Below, piece by piece: positions 38,470 to 54,367 of a DNA stretch of 64,000 nt. The DNA lies in NCBI GenBank assembly GCA_951406725.2, contig OX597823.1, positions 74,648,001 through 74,712,000 of the forward strand, read 5' to 3'. The DNA comes from Octopus vulgaris. Lineage: Eukaryota. Numbering within the stretch: the first letter of the stretch is position 1; the number at the start of each line of letters is the position of its first letter. The translations under genes and the position numbers were made by a program. Under the pieces are notes generated by a model. That model was not told the origin of the DNA and searched no databases. It saw only the letters and a program-made list of their open reading frames with translations.

Positions 38470-40799
38470 GTAGTTTTTCTGTCCACCATGACTATCTCAA
38501 TCAGCATCAGCCTCAGGGGTTTTACATTTGACTAGACGTTTCATACCCTATTCAATTTCACTAAGTGTAAGCGTATCACTCAATTGATGTCATGATTCAA
38601 AAGCATATATAGTGTATATGGATAGAGAAACCTAAATGCCAGAACAATTTTGACCAACCTATATTGCCAATAGAGACAAAAAGATGTTATTCCATTATTT
38701 TGCCCAACAGATATATATGAAAAAATAGTAATAGTCTTTTAGTGACATCCATTATAATGTATCACTTATAACATTCATCATAAAAACATTTGCGAAAAAA
38801 AATCTAATTTTAATTTATTGATTCTGCAGGCAATGACTTTGAGAGTAAAAATGCATATTTGAGACTAGAGAAGAAAACAAAATCTAAAGGGAGATTAGAG
38901 TAGAAGGGATGAATTTAAGCATTGGCATTTATAATTTCAAACAGATATTCGAAAACTCGTCCTACTAATCAACGTTAATTATAAACATAAATATATATAT
39001 GAAACTTTAAATACTGTACCAAAATTGAGATATTATCTTCCGTATTGTTTTGAAAATAATAGAGATGCGACAAGCAATTGTGATGCAAAACGTTTGATTT
39101 GATTAGCAAATCCTGTGTAATATGGCTATCTGGGAAACTAATAATTGGAAAAAAACAAAATGCTTCTAAATAGAGTTATGAATTTCAAGGCAACATTTTT
39201 CAATAACTCATATATTTGATATCTAAATATAATTCATAACATTTGAAAATTTGAGTATTTGACATGTTTATATTGTAATTAACATGATATGAGGTGGATA
39301 CGGATAAACTGTTGGACTCATATTTTGAAGCCCATGCTTTTGTAAACATCGATAGCCTTTTTACACTGATCAAAATAGTGTACCAATCTGTACCATGGAA
39401 ATTACGCTGAAAATGATTCATTGCACAAAAGGAAACCACTTGATATAGTAATCCTTATAATTGATTAAATAACTCCAATTAAATTAGAATTTTATAAACT
39501 TTGAATGAATAATCACAGATTAGGCAAGTCTATTCTATATCTAGAGAAGTATAATTTCGTGTGCATTTTATGGAAGGAAAACAAAGCAATCACACACACA
39601 CACACATACACACACACACACACACTTCAGTCAGTTACTTTTATTGAATAAGACAGATTCTTTAGAGATGCAATCTATATATACACATTGAAACTGATAT
39701 ATATATATATATATATATATATCTAATATTTTGGACTAATGGGTATATGTTGATTAATGTTTTGGAGTGTTGAGTAGAGCACTGGTACACTTTGGGCTAC
39801 CTGGGGTGATCTGCAGTCGGGGTATATTTCCGTTGGATCTATTTCAAGAATTCAGCTATGTTAGTTATGATGATAATAATAATTTCTGAAGTAACGAGTT
39901 GGATTTAGTATTAATCTTTATTATGCACAACGGTCATCTCGACCCATCCTGCTATTGTCTCTTAGGAATGGGACTCCTTTCAACGTGTGTTGCATCGATT
40001 TTGAAGTCTGGGTCTCATCAGATACATCCATATATAACGTTATGTCTCGCTAAATACTCTGAGTTTTGGTCGTCAAGTTACTTTAAGCCGTCTTCTTAGA
40101 GAATGAAACGTCATTGCAATTTTCAATTACTACTATCTTTCTTCATTAAGAGTTGCAAACGCTTGTAATAATTCTTGTTCAAAAGAAAAATTGTAGGGTA
40201 AGTTAATAGATAGAGAGTGAGGGCTTGAGCTACGTTGGATCTGAGATAGAGGAATGATACAAGAAGAAAGGATGAGTTACATTGACTCATCCCATAAATA
40301 ATGCAGCATTTTCAATTACATGAACTAAAAATGGCAGCGGTAAGGGATACTTGTTGCAAGCATTCCCCATTCATCGATTAGATCGAAAAGTGACCTTACG
40401 TACTAAAACCAACATTAGGGCGAAATTCCATGTTTCACATTTTTCCCAAACAGCCCAGGGCATATATTCATCTGCATGTGCATATATTTGTGTTTGCGTG
40501 TGCGTGTGTATATATAAATATATGTGTATATACACATTATATATATATCCTCTCTCTCACACACACACATATATATACATATATTATTGCACGTACATAT
40601 GAATATGTATATAGATATGTGTTTATATATATATCCATGCTCTCATACATACACACATAATTACATACATACATGCATACATATATACACACATATATAT
40701 ATAAGTATATGCTATTCATGCACATTAACATAATGAGATCCCTTCCTACTCCATTTTAGTGCTGTGATCTCTTAGTCATCTTCGTTTCACTTGGTTACA

Positions 40800-41350
40800 T
40801 GTTTGAACGGGGGTTTCTAGTCTCACTTATGCTTGAGATCTCACCATTCAGTTCATTAGCAAAATGTTCGTTTATAATCCGCTTCAGATTCAACTCACAA
40901 CTATTAAAATTCGCTATACAAAAGTTACATCATCTGCGGTTTCAGTTTTATCCAGTGCCAAGCATTTTTCTTACTTGCAAAATGAATGTGGGATGAGTAG
41001 TTTGACAAACTACATGAACAGCAAATATACCCGTTATACACAAGTTACAAGGTCGCTGACATACATTCATATATCAAAAATCTTATCTTTAGGAACTGCG
41101 AAATGTCTACCTTCAAGCATGTATCAAACAGTTGATGTAATCTCGGACGGAACAAATACATTGAAGGCACAATCGAGCCAACGAAATTTTTCCCAAAACT
41201 ATTCTAGAATGCTCATGAAGAAAACACTTCCAAGATGACGGATAACATTCTATATGCATTCTGTGTTGGAAGATATTTTTAAACAAGTCTATTTCAGCAG
41301 ATTAAACTGATGTCGGGCACTTCTGTTTCTTTAATAATTTATATTCACGG
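40800..41350 (-). pseudogene. Possible very old hAT (SPIN/GTF2IRD2-like) transposase relic
   Basis: Weak minus-strand peptides (HQFNLL..NVIRHLGS; LQVRK) recall the HxQF..VRWLS..LQGK order of hAT proteins, with many stops. Confidence 0.3.
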
Positions 41351-42599
41351 ATTCACCAGCCGCTTACTAAACCAATTGTTTAAGTCTTTCACCCAAATTT
41401 TATCAAGAAAAGAAAGTGATGAAATGTATATCTACGTCTGGAATCTTTTACTTCATATTGTATCTACTGATGGACAGATCGTATCAATGACAGTGTAATT
41501 AAGGTCGAAGGTAGAGACATACTGACAACATGAAAACAAAGACAGAAAAAAGAAAACAAAACAGAGCAAAATTTTGATATTCGAATAGAAAGAAATAAAT
41601 ACCTCATAAAAAGTAATTATTCTACTTAACAATTTGCTATTCACGATAAATACTTTGTAATTTATTATTCACCATAAATCTCTTATTTAAATCGGACATA
41701 CAGACGACTGTTTAAATAGTACGAAGAAAAGGAAATAAAAGTCTAAATGTATTTCAAATATTTAAAGAAATTAATTTCGTATAATGAATTTCTGTAGTAT
41801 ATTTATTTACATTTCAAATTTTATTAGGAACTAATATTCGTTTAATATATTAAATGTTTATAATTAAATGGTGTTTGTAAAATTTTGGCGAAATATTACT
41901 TGAAAGGTTTTATTTCATAAATTTATCGCATTAATATTTCACTTTGGGATGAAATTTCATTTTTAAAATTGTAAAATTAATAAAGTTACGAAGACGAAAG
42001 AAACTAAATGTTTTCAATGCAACATTTCCAATGGAAAATTTCTGTATATCGCAATATTAAATATGATTCGAGATTTACAATGCATTAAATTCAAAACGAT
42101 TAATATTAAAATTTTTCACATAATTCGTATAATCTTATTCTTTTATGTATAAACTATATTCTTAGGAACATGCATACAACTTTTCGGAATGCAATATATG
42201 TATAGTAAATATATATACATGCATATATACAAGCACAAGTCCGAATATACACAGACAAACACACATAGAGTGTAATACACATATTTATACATGATGCCAA
42301 AATTGGATGAAAGCAAGCTTTTGTGTTGCAAGTGTGCTTTTGTGTGTGTGTTTCAGTATGCCTGTTTAGCACCAATATGTTTATATGCGTGTATATATTT
42401 GCGATTATGTATTTCTTTTGCAAGATTCTGGATATGAAATCATATGTTGAAACAGGTGTTGTTACAATTGATGGCGGTCATATTTTGCTAACTAAACACT
42501 TCCGCCTAATTATCATTATTTTAGTTTCTTTGTCATATGTGAATATATACAGGTAACAAATATGCATATATGCACATATATGTATACTTATATGTATAT

Positions 42600-42659
<60 letters not shown>

Positions 42660-42759
42660 CGATAAGCATAACAAATGCGCAACCGGTAAAAAGAACTTTC
42701 ACCTAATTAAATTACTTAAATTACTTAAATTATTTGTCAGAATTTTCTTCATTTCCTTT

Positions 42760-42793
<34 letters not shown>

Positions 42794-43085
42794 TCTATCT
42801 ACATATCTCACTATATATCTATCTATATACATATAACGATATATATGATATACATATATGCATAAGTATATACAAATACATATATTTTATTTTTATATAT
42901 ATGTACATTTAGATACGAGGGGGCACTGAAACTTCCTGGCGTTAATGTTATCATGAAATGCTTCGTTGCTGACCCAAACTTCCAAGTTCTTAAACAGAAT
43001 GATATATGTAGTGTGTAAATCTATCTATATATATATAAGTAAATATATATATATATGTGTGTGTCAGTGTTCATATAAATGTATA

Positions 43086-43251
43086 GGCGCGGGGGTGGCT
43101 GTGGAGTAAGTAGCTTGCTTACCAACCACATGGTTCCAGGTTCATTCCCACTGCCTGGAACCTTGGGCAAGTATCTTCTACTATAGCTTCGGGCCGACCA
43201 AAGTCTTATGAAAGGATTTGGTAGACGGAAACTGAAAGAAGCCCGTCGTAA

Positions 43252-43293
<42 letters not shown>

Positions 43294-43500
43294 ATGTAAG
43301 TGTATACGTTTGTGATTCTGTGTTTGTCTCCCCAACATCGCTTGACAACCGACTGTGGTGTGTTTGCGTACCTGTATATTATCGGTTCTGGAAAAGAGAA
43401 CCGACAAAATAAGTACAAGGCGTGCAAAGAATAAGTCCTAGGGTCAGTTCGCTCGACTAAAGGTGGTGCTCCTGCATGGTGGCACTCAAAATACTGAAAC
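43086..43500 (+). mobile_element. SINE family A, full length
   Basis: ggcgcgggggtggctgtggagtaagtagc...accttgggcaagt...aaggtggtgctcctgcatggtggcactcaaaatactgaaac. Confidence 0.88.
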
Positions 43501-43508
43501 AATTAAAA

Positions 43509-43548
<40 letters not shown>

Positions 43549-43550
43549 GC

Positions 43551-43581
<31 letters not shown>

Positions 43582-44727
43582 CAGACATACAGACATATAG
43601 AGAGAGTGAGAGAGAGAATGGCTCACATACATGTAAGTTTCTGTAAAAATGTGGTGTATGTATCCATTTGTTGGTAAAGTCAAGATAATCTCCATTTCTT
43701 TTCATTGTCTTTACTTATTTTACACTTTTTGCTGAGGAGGTATCCTTTAGTCTTAATATAAACTTGCCAAGCACCGCTATATGCACGTTTAAGCACATCT
43801 TTTAGAATATTTGTTGTCGCAGTGTAAGTCCTTAGTTCATAAATTTTCCGTCTCTTTTTCACGTCACCAGTTATTTCGCTGTGTTTTGGCATAAAATATA
43901 TCTTAAAAACAGTTTCTTGAATTAAATTCGATATACTTCATTCTAGAAGAATATGAACTTATATTACGAATGCATTAGTAAGAACTATGAAATGATTTCG
44001 TTGGTTAAATATATTTTGGGTACTTTAATAACTGGCAGTAGAGAAGTTTACAGCTTTCTCAAGAAATGGACATACGTTTCAGCAACTGTATATCTGTAAT
44101 ATGTGTTGAAGAGAGACACTATCATCACATATTTCACTCCTATAGCAAGTTGTAAGGCTGCAAAAACTTGCAACGTGAATATGACAATCATATTTAAAGA
44201 CGGCTGTTTACACAGGTTCAAAATTAGCAGAAACATGCATGCGTATCACATTCTCTTTTTATGTTATCTATATTCCTGACTCTCTTTACACTTATTTTCT
44301 TGTGGTGAATGCTGTAAAGAAGCACAAAATTTATTCTTTCCAAAGTAAATATAAGCAGGCGTAGAAATACAATAACAAATTCGGTTTTAAAAAATATAAC
44401 TCGCCCTAAGCTTTCGCTTATTATTTTAACAGATGTGAAATAAATGCAGCGTTGAAGTGTAAAATTTTATGCGTGTAAAGTATTTTTAAATTGCGCTAAC
44501 ACATCTAAAATTCAATTTAAGGAACGACATATTAAATTTCATTGAGTATTAAGTACGATGAAACGTATGATTATCTGATCCATAAAATATTTACATTTTA
44601 ACTATCCATGTATGTGCGAAATCCATAGGTGATATCTATTATATATATATATATGACTGTATGTGTGCGTGTATATATAAATCAGTATATATATATATAT
44701 ATATATACATATATATGTGTGTGTGTG

Positions 44728-44796
<69 letters not shown>

Positions 44797-45599
44797 GTAT
44801 GTATATATATGTGTGTATATATATATATATATACATGTATATATTTATATATATACACACACACACAGACATATATATATATATGTGTGTGTTCATATAA
44901 ATATATATATATTTATACATGGATAGATATGCATATACATACTGATGTGTGTGCATGTGTGTGTGTGTCTCTCTGTGTGTGTGTCTGTGTGTATGTGTTT
45001 GTGTGTGTAAATCTGAATGTACATATTTGTGTGCGAAGATGTATAAATCTTCATTAGGAATTAATAGCCCTTGCAGCAAATTAGGAATCCAATGAATCTT
45101 AACGACCATTTTGGTTGTTATATTTATTACTTATCCTTACAACACGCTGTCATTATCGCTCTTTTGATGCGCTCATATACGCAAATAACCAGCGTGTGCA
45201 TACGTCCCTGAAATATGTATTCAGTGGCTATATTATAAATTTCTCGCTTACGCTTGCGTTTGACGCGTTTCCACAAGAGATGGCGTGATAATGTTTATTA
45301 CAACATGTCGGTTATGTTATTTGGGATATGGATCATATTTTGGGGTCGTAATGGGATATATATACTTGATATCTCCAGAGCAATCAAGATTTATAATATT
45401 GAGTTGTTTTAATAATTTTACACACAAAACCATTATACGTTTCAGTTATCGATCTCCTGATGACATTTAAAATTCACTGATTTATGTATATTTCTGTATA
45501 CACACACAATCGTACTCCTATTTATGTATGCGTAAAATTATGTGTGTGTGTGTGTGTGTTTATAGATACATATCTGCATACTTATACATATATATATTT

Positions 45600-45667
<68 letters not shown>

Positions 45668-47687
45668 TACTGCTCTCTTCCTCATGTTAGTGTGTGTGTA
45701 CATGTGTATATCTCTCTCTATATATATAGATATGCATATATATATATATATGCACATGTATACATGTACACGCACATTAACATGAGAAAGAGAGCGGTTA
45801 GTTCTTTACTCACTGTTAGGTAATTTATTAAACATTAGTTACTGGTCGTATTCTTATAAGACTGCGTATAATTGTACATGTGCACACAGAAATGCAGATG
45901 CATATATACATCTGTGGATATACGTTAGTCTCTAGAAGTGTCTTCTCTCCATTAAGACATCTACATTTAATCTCCTTGCTTATTACTCTAATTTCATGGT
46001 AAGTTTTTTAAAAAATGATGTCCCTAATCAGTGGCACAGAATATTTTGTTTGGCTTTGTGATCCTATGCTAATCATCATGAGCATTTTCACGACGTACTT
46101 TGCATGACATCTTGAAAACGAGACTACTTCGTTCTTCAGCCAGGCAGTGATGGGAATGTGATAATTCGGGCATATATTTGAGGGAGAGGAATCAGAGGTC
46201 TCATCCTTGCAAATTCTCAGATTATATATGAGACAAAAGTGTTGGTTAATCTTCCAAGATGTTGATGGTTTTCAGAACAGCTTTGAGATACTAAGAACCT
46301 CATATTAAGTGAGGACTTTGAACATTTGGAGCGAGGTCGTTCAGTAAAATATAACCAAAGTTTGCTTGTCACATATATATTTCTTATTAGTTTGTCATAT
46401 CACTTTTTTTTTTATTTATTATATTGGGTTACTAGAGAAAAGAGCTTGATATTTGGATTCAGGAAAACGTAGTAGGGATTTTCCTATTTCTACTGGCAAG
46501 GCGGACGCTCAGAATTTAGCACTCCTATACTAGAAGTTAATTAAATCTTTAATACAATAATCATCCAGGGACACGCAGCCGATGGGTGTAGGGACATTTA
46601 GGTTACCGCTGATAATAATGGCCCTAAAAAACTCTGTTGTCATAGATAACCATATCGGTCTCAAATGTTCAGCATTGGTTCCGCTATTTCCTTATGGCAT
46701 CACTCATTTATTCACTGGATAACACAATATTGGTGTTTCCAAGATTAAGCATATTTCTGGTGTCTTAAACACTTTCGTATCTGTTTCTCTTGTACATCAC
46801 GAATATGCCTTTACCGATTTGACCGTTGCATTCTAATACAAATTTGTAGTTGAGGCATTAAGTAAACTGACTTTGGAGAGACGTCTAGTTAAAAATGGAA
46901 TATGCCATGAGGTTTACTAAGAAATCATTACTCTGAAATTGCATGAACTTAATAGTGCTGTCTCATAAGACGATGATATATGAGTGTAGAATGGCATGAT
47001 GTTTTCTCTATAAAAGGGAAATTATGTCAGAATAACGTGTGGTAATCAGAAAGATATTGCTCTACACGTTTTAGCCTACTTAGATTTATTGTTTTTGAAA
47101 AACATTCCGAATTGTAATGAGTTTCACGTAGTTGACAATTAGCTAATAATAATTTCAGAACTAATACAAGCCAGAAGTTGTATCAGCAGAGCATTCATAC
47201 TTTCTGGTTTCATTGATCATATAAAGTTTTTACCTGTGAATTTGGCATCTTTGTGTAATATAATTTGTACTGTGTATTGTATAACTAGAAAATCTCTCGG
47301 TGTTAATATCATCATACAATTATATAGAAGGATAGTTTGACACCAGTAGTTTCTAATGCGTGCAACACCTATAAATCTACACCACGTTTATTTTTATCGC
47401 AGATCAACTTTCTGTAGCCGTGTAATTTTTGGACATATATGGGAAATACGTAACTCCCGGTACTCTCTTAAATTTCTGTAGATTGGGATGCTAATTCGGA
47501 ATACTTTCAGTCATCTGCATCTTCTTTATGATTAATTGTCAGTTGCATATACAGCTGGAAGCTGGAATCTTCTCATGGAGTATATTTCTTCATCTTGTAA
47601 GTCATTTGGGCTCATAACTAAGGTGGACAATGACCTTGTGTCCATTGTCGCCATTGCATTTCACGTGTCTTATTTCTTCACGAGGAG

Positions 47688-47890
47688 ACAGGCAGAATTG
47701 TTAGCAAGCCGGACAAAAATGCTCAGCGGCATTTCGTCCATCTTTGCATTCAGAGTCCAAAATTCGACCAAGGGTGGCTTTACATTTTATATTTTCTAGG
47801 TTGATAAAATAAGTAGCAGTAGAAACTATGGAGTCGAAGACATTGACTACCCAACCCTCAAATTTTCTGGCCTTGTGTCAACATTTAAAA
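47688..47890 (+). mobile_element. SINE family B
   Basis: ggcagaattgttagcaagccggacaaaaatgctcagcggcatttcgtc...gagtccaaaattc. Confidence 0.75.
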
Positions 47891-48281
47891 CAAATATTTA
47901 TATGTTATTATACACACACAAATTAGAGGTACATACACAACACACATATAAAAGCATACACGCGCATCTTCCTTTAAATTTTGTTCTAAGTGCTCATATC
48001 GAGTATTTTGTAATCGATTTGTTGCAACCGTGATATTTTCAACTTAAGACTTATGCCCGTGTCCATAGCATAACTTTAACAGGACAATACCAGAAGTTGC
48101 TGTAAGATTCTAGATTTAACTGTCAATTCATTATCTTAAGCATTTTGTTCAATCAAGTTGCCGAAGTAAGAAGCATTTTCTGAAAACCTGCGGCATATTT
48201 ATCAATAAAATTGCTACAGTTGAATAAATATATTGATATACATATATACACACACATATATATGTATATGTATGTGTGTAT

Positions 48282-48358
<77 letters not shown>

Positions 48359-49598
48359 CACACATATAAATATATACTTAATATTATACATATACACATA
48401 TGATGTGTATATCTTTTTGTTTGCTTACATGGGGATAACCTAAATTTTGATACTAGCAACATATCGATTAATCAATCTATGTTCTGACGAGAAACTGACT
48501 TAAATGATATGACAGCAATAATTTACCATGAAATATTATAAGATAACTTATTATAGTTAGTTAGGTTGTGGCGTTAATAGCCAGCACACCGTAAATGCGT
48601 TTTCCTACTAGGACCTATATAGATGTGCACCAAACGTGCTATAAGTCCAACAAAGCAAGAACAGCAATAATATGTAGATAAATGAGATTTTAGTATTAAA
48701 TGATACGTTAGATAGATTTGCTCGTTTCACCTTGTAACCTGTCGTACTAGAAGTTCATTTTCAAATAGGTAGCATGGTTCTTGGTCAGACTTTATTTATG
48801 ATTAATATCAGTGATAATAAGTAATTGACAGTTACAGCGAAGAAATTGATTTGAAAGCAGGATCTTTATTGTCGTTATTTAATGTGTTCCAAACGTATTT
48901 AGCGTGCACTTTTGTTCTTTGACTCAGCATATTCATTTAGCATCCATGCTTTGTTGTAGAATGGACAGAAAGTAATGTGTATAACTTAAAATATAAATAA
49001 ATTCTAAGTTTTAGAAAGGCTAGATAGGTCGACTTAAAGATCGCTTGTATCTAGGAACACACAGTTTGATGGACATTTAGGACCTAATAAAGAACTCTTA
49101 AGGAACATTATCACTATTCTTTAATTCATATCTTAATGTGCTTTTGCATAAATTCAAATATAGATATATATGCTTATGTATACATAAATACACACATACA
49201 AACATGCAGTTAATTTCCTTGGTAATAATATGTAGACATCTCAGAATGGTTTCATATATTATATATTTTATACTGTTTTTCATATGTGTTTCATATATAT
49301 AATAAACATTTTTCATATATTATATATTATAAATTTCTTACATCAATAAAAATGGCTTATTAAAGAACACTGTTATTTATAATCTCCTTTCTCATAAGAT
49401 TGTTACATTATTCCACATTATTTTCCCTCGCGGATTAATTTTAATGTATCAATTGAAACATATATCGGCGATATAAATGATTTAAAACAGTCTGAAGCAG
49501 TCGTCTGGTCTGTTGTTAAGAAAGTTAAATTCTATCGTTCCTCATTGAGGATTAAACGTTAGAGATATTTACATAATATTACCTAGGAAATTAACAGC

Positions 49599-49930
49599 AT
49601 GGAAGGTCTACCTCTTCAATCGGATAAAACCGATGGCCTTGGTCACTTAATTAAGGATTTTTACTTAAAATTACTCAGGAAGGAAATGCAAAATATATAC
49701 AAGACTACTAGTAAAAGTGATTTTAGGAAAGCTAAACTGGAAGCAAAGAAAATTGTGGAGAGAAATATTAAGTACAAATGAAGACACAACCTTTAAATCC
49801 AATGCAACCCCTTTTTATTTTAAAAGACTTCAAACCTAACTTCTTCAATAACCCAACTCTCCGTCGTATCTGTTCTTCCAGTTCTGATATCGGTATACTT
49901 AGCAAAAATATTCTTAATAAGTGTATTCCT
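49599..49930 (+). pseudogene. Fragment of a second PLE lineage (N-terminal part of the RT region)
   Basis: SDKT..FYLKLLRKEMQNIYK..KLEAKKI then KDFKPNFFNNPTLRRICSSSSDIGILSKNILNK. This resembles the ADKT and KDHK.NF..NP..RLI motifs of Penelope-like RTs. Confidence 0.55.
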
Positions 49931-49964
49931 TCTTTCACAAAGAAAAAGAAAACTTAAACTTAAT

Positions 49965-50455
49965 TTATCAAAAGACCAGAGCATGTTCGGTTCGAAGGCA
50001 TGCTTGTGTTCATTGAAAAGACTCGTAGCGTGGTCCTTCCTCTTGTGTTTGACGTCTTGGGATAAAAATCGGCTCTTTCTAATTTTGTATGAGGAATACC
50101 GAATGAATTCATGCCTGATAAGAAACTGAGAAACTCCATGTCCTGGTGATGAATCTGATTGCCTTGAAGAGATCGTTGTCAATCATGGCCTGGATGGCAT
50201 CAACAAATTCTGGAATCCTTTTCTTATCCGAACGATCAGAGTGAGACTTCCGAGCAGCCGTACCTTTATAATCAACATTAAACTCATTCAACTCTTTCCG
50301 AATCCTCTGCACTGCCCTGAGCCTAACCCTCAAACAACTCTGATATTTTCGTATTGAAGCTTCCAGTGCGAATGCAATGGAGTATAGCAAACCGTTTCCA
50401 AATGCGCAAGTGCGAAATTTAAAATATAAAATGGTGATACTTCACCAACCGTATC

Positions 50456-50462
<7 letters not shown>
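49965..50462 (-). mobile_element. 5' part of a Tc1/mariner-superfamily transposon
   Basis: VQRIRKEL..ARKSHSDRSDKKRIPEFVDAIQAMIDND..IR..VSQFLIR..IRYSSYKIRK..FLS..KRKDHA..MLWSF is an HTH region ending just before the first catalytic Asp. Confidence 0.65.
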
Positions 50463-50509
<47 letters not shown>

Positions 50510-51733
50510 GTGTGTGTGTGTATGTGAGTGTGTGTCTGAGTGCATTTATATGCATATGTAATTATAGATCTGTGCATGCAATTACAAGAGTCATATGAAA
50601 TGGTTTCTAATATAGCTGACGGCGTGGGAAGGTGCTTTATGGTACTTCATGAATAGTTCCAAAATGAACAAATTTGTAATAGTCTCCAAACATTTAAGAC
50701 ACATTTAAAATCAATTCTTATGTAATAGAAACCTATCATTTCTTAGTCACTTTTCGTAGGCGTTTGGTGATATCAATGTTAGGAAAAACAGTGAAACCTC
50801 TGATAGGAGAAATATCATTAATCGATATGAAAATTTGTTCATGTTTCCATGTTTTTTATATGCTGTATTAAGTCAATTTTATTCTTTCCTCTGACAACTG
50901 CATAAATTAGTGAAAGAGCAGTCTATTTTAGTATAGAATGGAGTCTTTAAAATGTATCACTTTTAAAATATATCATATATGCTGTAACTGCTCATATTTT
51001 ATATTTCATAGGAACGAATATCTATTCTCATATTCATTTCTATGTTCTAATTTCGCTTGCCTTAAGCACTAAGAGTACTTTTCTGTATAAGCTGTGGATT
51101 CGTCTCTTTTACTGTACCGACCCACTGGTTCCCCTATGCCTATTATTGCATTGCTCAGTCTTCGAGTTATTTATCTGCAGGAGCGTTTTTTGTTCTGCAA
51201 GCCCCCAAAACAGGACTGCGCGAAAACGAATATTGCCGTTTTTACTGACTGTCCATCGGCCCCAAATTTTAGACTCCACAAAGGAATCATTCACTCAGGC
51301 GGCCACCAAATCAGGCAGAGCTGCTAACAATGTACTGATGTTAACAACTGTATTGTTAAGCTACTTTAAGTCAAAATCTGCATGTTAACAAAGGCTTTTC
51401 CGAACCTGCATAGAAAGTTCGATGAGTTAGGTGGTTGGTTCTCACACTAGATATAAGCAGTGCCCGTTGTTCTGTCTATGTTTCCAGGAACTGTGGGTTA
51501 TTTCGAACTCCCTAACAGATCTATCATGAGACACAACTACATGTATATCCTTTTGTCCTGAGAATTCTGACGCGGAAGATTAAACAGACAACTCAAGAAG
51601 AGCTTTGGGATGTTCAGATGATAGGTGAACACAAGGGACGAAATTTCAATAACAGGAAAGTCATTCAGAAACCATATTTATAGTATTCACATTACGTGGC
51701 TTTCATAAGGAAAATCAACTCAGTCCGGCATAT

Positions 51734-52149
51734 GTTAGTTAGTTAGTTAGTTAGTTAATTTGGCTCATAAGCAAATAGCAAGGCCATGTAGGGGGACATG
51801 GAGTTAAGTACAGGGTGGTGTTCATGTAAAGAGTTCAGGCCACTTGAGGTCCAGGGAGGCTTTGAACAAAGCGGTCGTCGGCATCTTCACCATCTCGTCT
51901 GGCAGCTTGTTCCACGGATCCGCAACCCGGACGGAGAAAGCTCCTCTCCTTCGATTGAGATGAAATCGTCGCAGGTAGAGCTTTTCGGAGTGACCCCGCA
52001 GCCGACGCTCCGGAGCAGGAGTGAAGAACAGCTCTTTCGAGAGGTTACACTTCCCGCTTATGATGTTGTGGGCGAGAATGAGATCACCACGGCGGCGGCG
52101 TTTTTCAAGAGAACAAAGGTCGAGCGTCCTCAGCCTTTCTTCGTAGGAC
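51734..52149 (-). mobile_element. 3' end of a CR1-clade LINE with a (TAAC)n tail
   Basis: Open frame SYEERLRTLDLCSLEKRRRRGDLILAHNII..RLRGHSEKL..AFSVRVADPWNKLP..FKASLD..LFT* (stop at 51822-51824). GC- and CpG-rich relative to its flanks. Confidence 0.88.
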
Positions 52150-52980
52150 GTGTTACAGAGGATAGAGTGATCGGACGCAAATACTTAATTTACTGGGCAG
52201 GCTCTACTCTGTTAAGCTGTTGGTTGTTTGAGTAAAACGCGAGCATACAGACAGTGATATAATCTCGATATTTAATATAACTTACTGCAATTACATTTCT
52301 TAACATTCTGAAATATATCCTTGTTTCGGAATACTAGGATTCAAGTAAACTTTTATTAGATATTTCCAATTATATGCTTTCAAGTGTTTCCCTGTAGTAT
52401 TATGTATTATTCATTACACCATTTCTATATTTCCTTCTATCTTACTATTTTCTTTTGCTCATATATATCACAGATTATTAAGTATGCTCCTTTGTGTTAG
52501 CACTTTAATCAGTTATTGAAGTTCTTCCCAATATTAATACTATTAACACCTACTCACATACGTACTTTTATCTTATTTCTAATTTAAATATTACTTATAC
52601 TTTGTTGGCTTGTTTCGGGTATATACAATTTAAGAGAGGAAATCCAACGGATTAAACATTATTTAGATATGAAATTTTGCAGACGATATTTCGAAATTTA
52701 ATGAATATGCATCCATATACACGTCACACCATTTCTTGAGCTTATTGATTATTCTGTCCCTTCTCCTTACCATATTTTCAAGAAATATTAGATATTAAAT
52801 AAATAATTATTGCTGTAATTTGTGAATCATTTTATGGTAAAAAAACAAATCATGTTTTGAATCAAACGCGTGGATATACATACATCGTACATACATACAT
52901 AATCATATACACAGAGCCACACGCATATTTACATATATCAATCATTCATGTACGTATATACACGCATATACATATATAGT

Positions 52981-53030
<50 letters not shown>

Positions 53031-54332
53031 GTATTTATGTATATTCATATAGGCGTGATTTCATGCGTGTGCGTTTATATACGGATATAAATTGTTCGAT
53101 GGCTGAACAAAATATATGTGAATATCTATATAAATGTATAACTTAAAAATATGAACTAAAATGTGAAACCTAGGTTTATATTTGCATAAAATAAAATAGT
53201 TAACGGCTAATTTCCGGAATCATAGAGCAAAACGTAGGTCTCGGCAGACAATCTTCCTGCAGCAATTGCATCCGATGTTGCACTTGATTTGTTTACACGT
53301 GTGATCCCCACTCCACATACATCTAATTAATTTTAAATTGGTCAGGAAAATCACATGCCTTTATTAGATAACATGATATATTTGAATTAGTCGGAAGGCA
53401 TCGTCTAAAATTGTTGATATATATGGTAACTATCGCATTATGTGTATAAAATTAATTTCCTTCGATTATGCATCTACTGAAATTATATGGCAAATAAGTT
53501 GGTAGTAACATCTACGGGCATCCATAAGACACGATCTCCAAAGGGACGGTTTCAGTAAAATTTTGATTCACAACAGCGTGGGTGCTGTATCGAAATTATA
53601 TATTATACTGAAGTAATAGGAAATCACATACTCTGAAAATTTGGAGAAGACGGACGATGCAAATCAGATATTTGAGGCTTTAATTAGGATATAACAGATG
53701 CATGCACAAATATATACATAAATACATAACCATGAGATGGTATTGTTTCCAAGGCGTTTCAAAATACTCTACGCAAGAATGATTATACTGACGGTCATAG
53801 CAACAGCATAATAAGAACAGAGATTAAATATACGTTGATAATATAAGTACTGGTGGAACATTCTAATAAAACGGTAAAATAGAGTCAGCACAGGAGGCCA
53901 CATACAATTGCATAGGACAAGGATCAGCCAGTCTTTAACGTAGAGAACTGTGGCTTAGATAAGAAGAAAGTAACTTATAAACCTAGAGAGAAGGATAACA
54001 TCTATGGAGAAATTATGAGCAAAAAACAGCTCTTATTTCCAAGTTACATATTTTCATTTGCTCCTTTTATCTCCATTTGATATAATGGGTAGACTTACGG
54101 ATAAAAGCAGAAATAAATATTCCATACATATACAGAAGCACCCACTAGCACAATTCCATCCACCTACGATCACATGTATGCAAACATTAACTAACTGAGG
54201 TTACAAAAGTGGTGTTGCTTTAAACAAAAGTGTCGACACATGGTTAGTGACATTATAATTCCTGCAAAGCAGGATTTCACAAGAATTCATTTACAGTACA
54301 AAAATACATACATACGTGCATCCGTAGTACTA

Positions 54333-54367
<35 letters not shown>

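Noticed and set aside
45240-45290. CpG-containing patch with gatggcg (YY1-like) as a promoter
   Set aside because: Short motifs only, with no associated exon or transcript evidence.
51798-52235. 145-aa plus-strand ORF
   Set aside because: It is the antisense shadow of the CR1 fragment.
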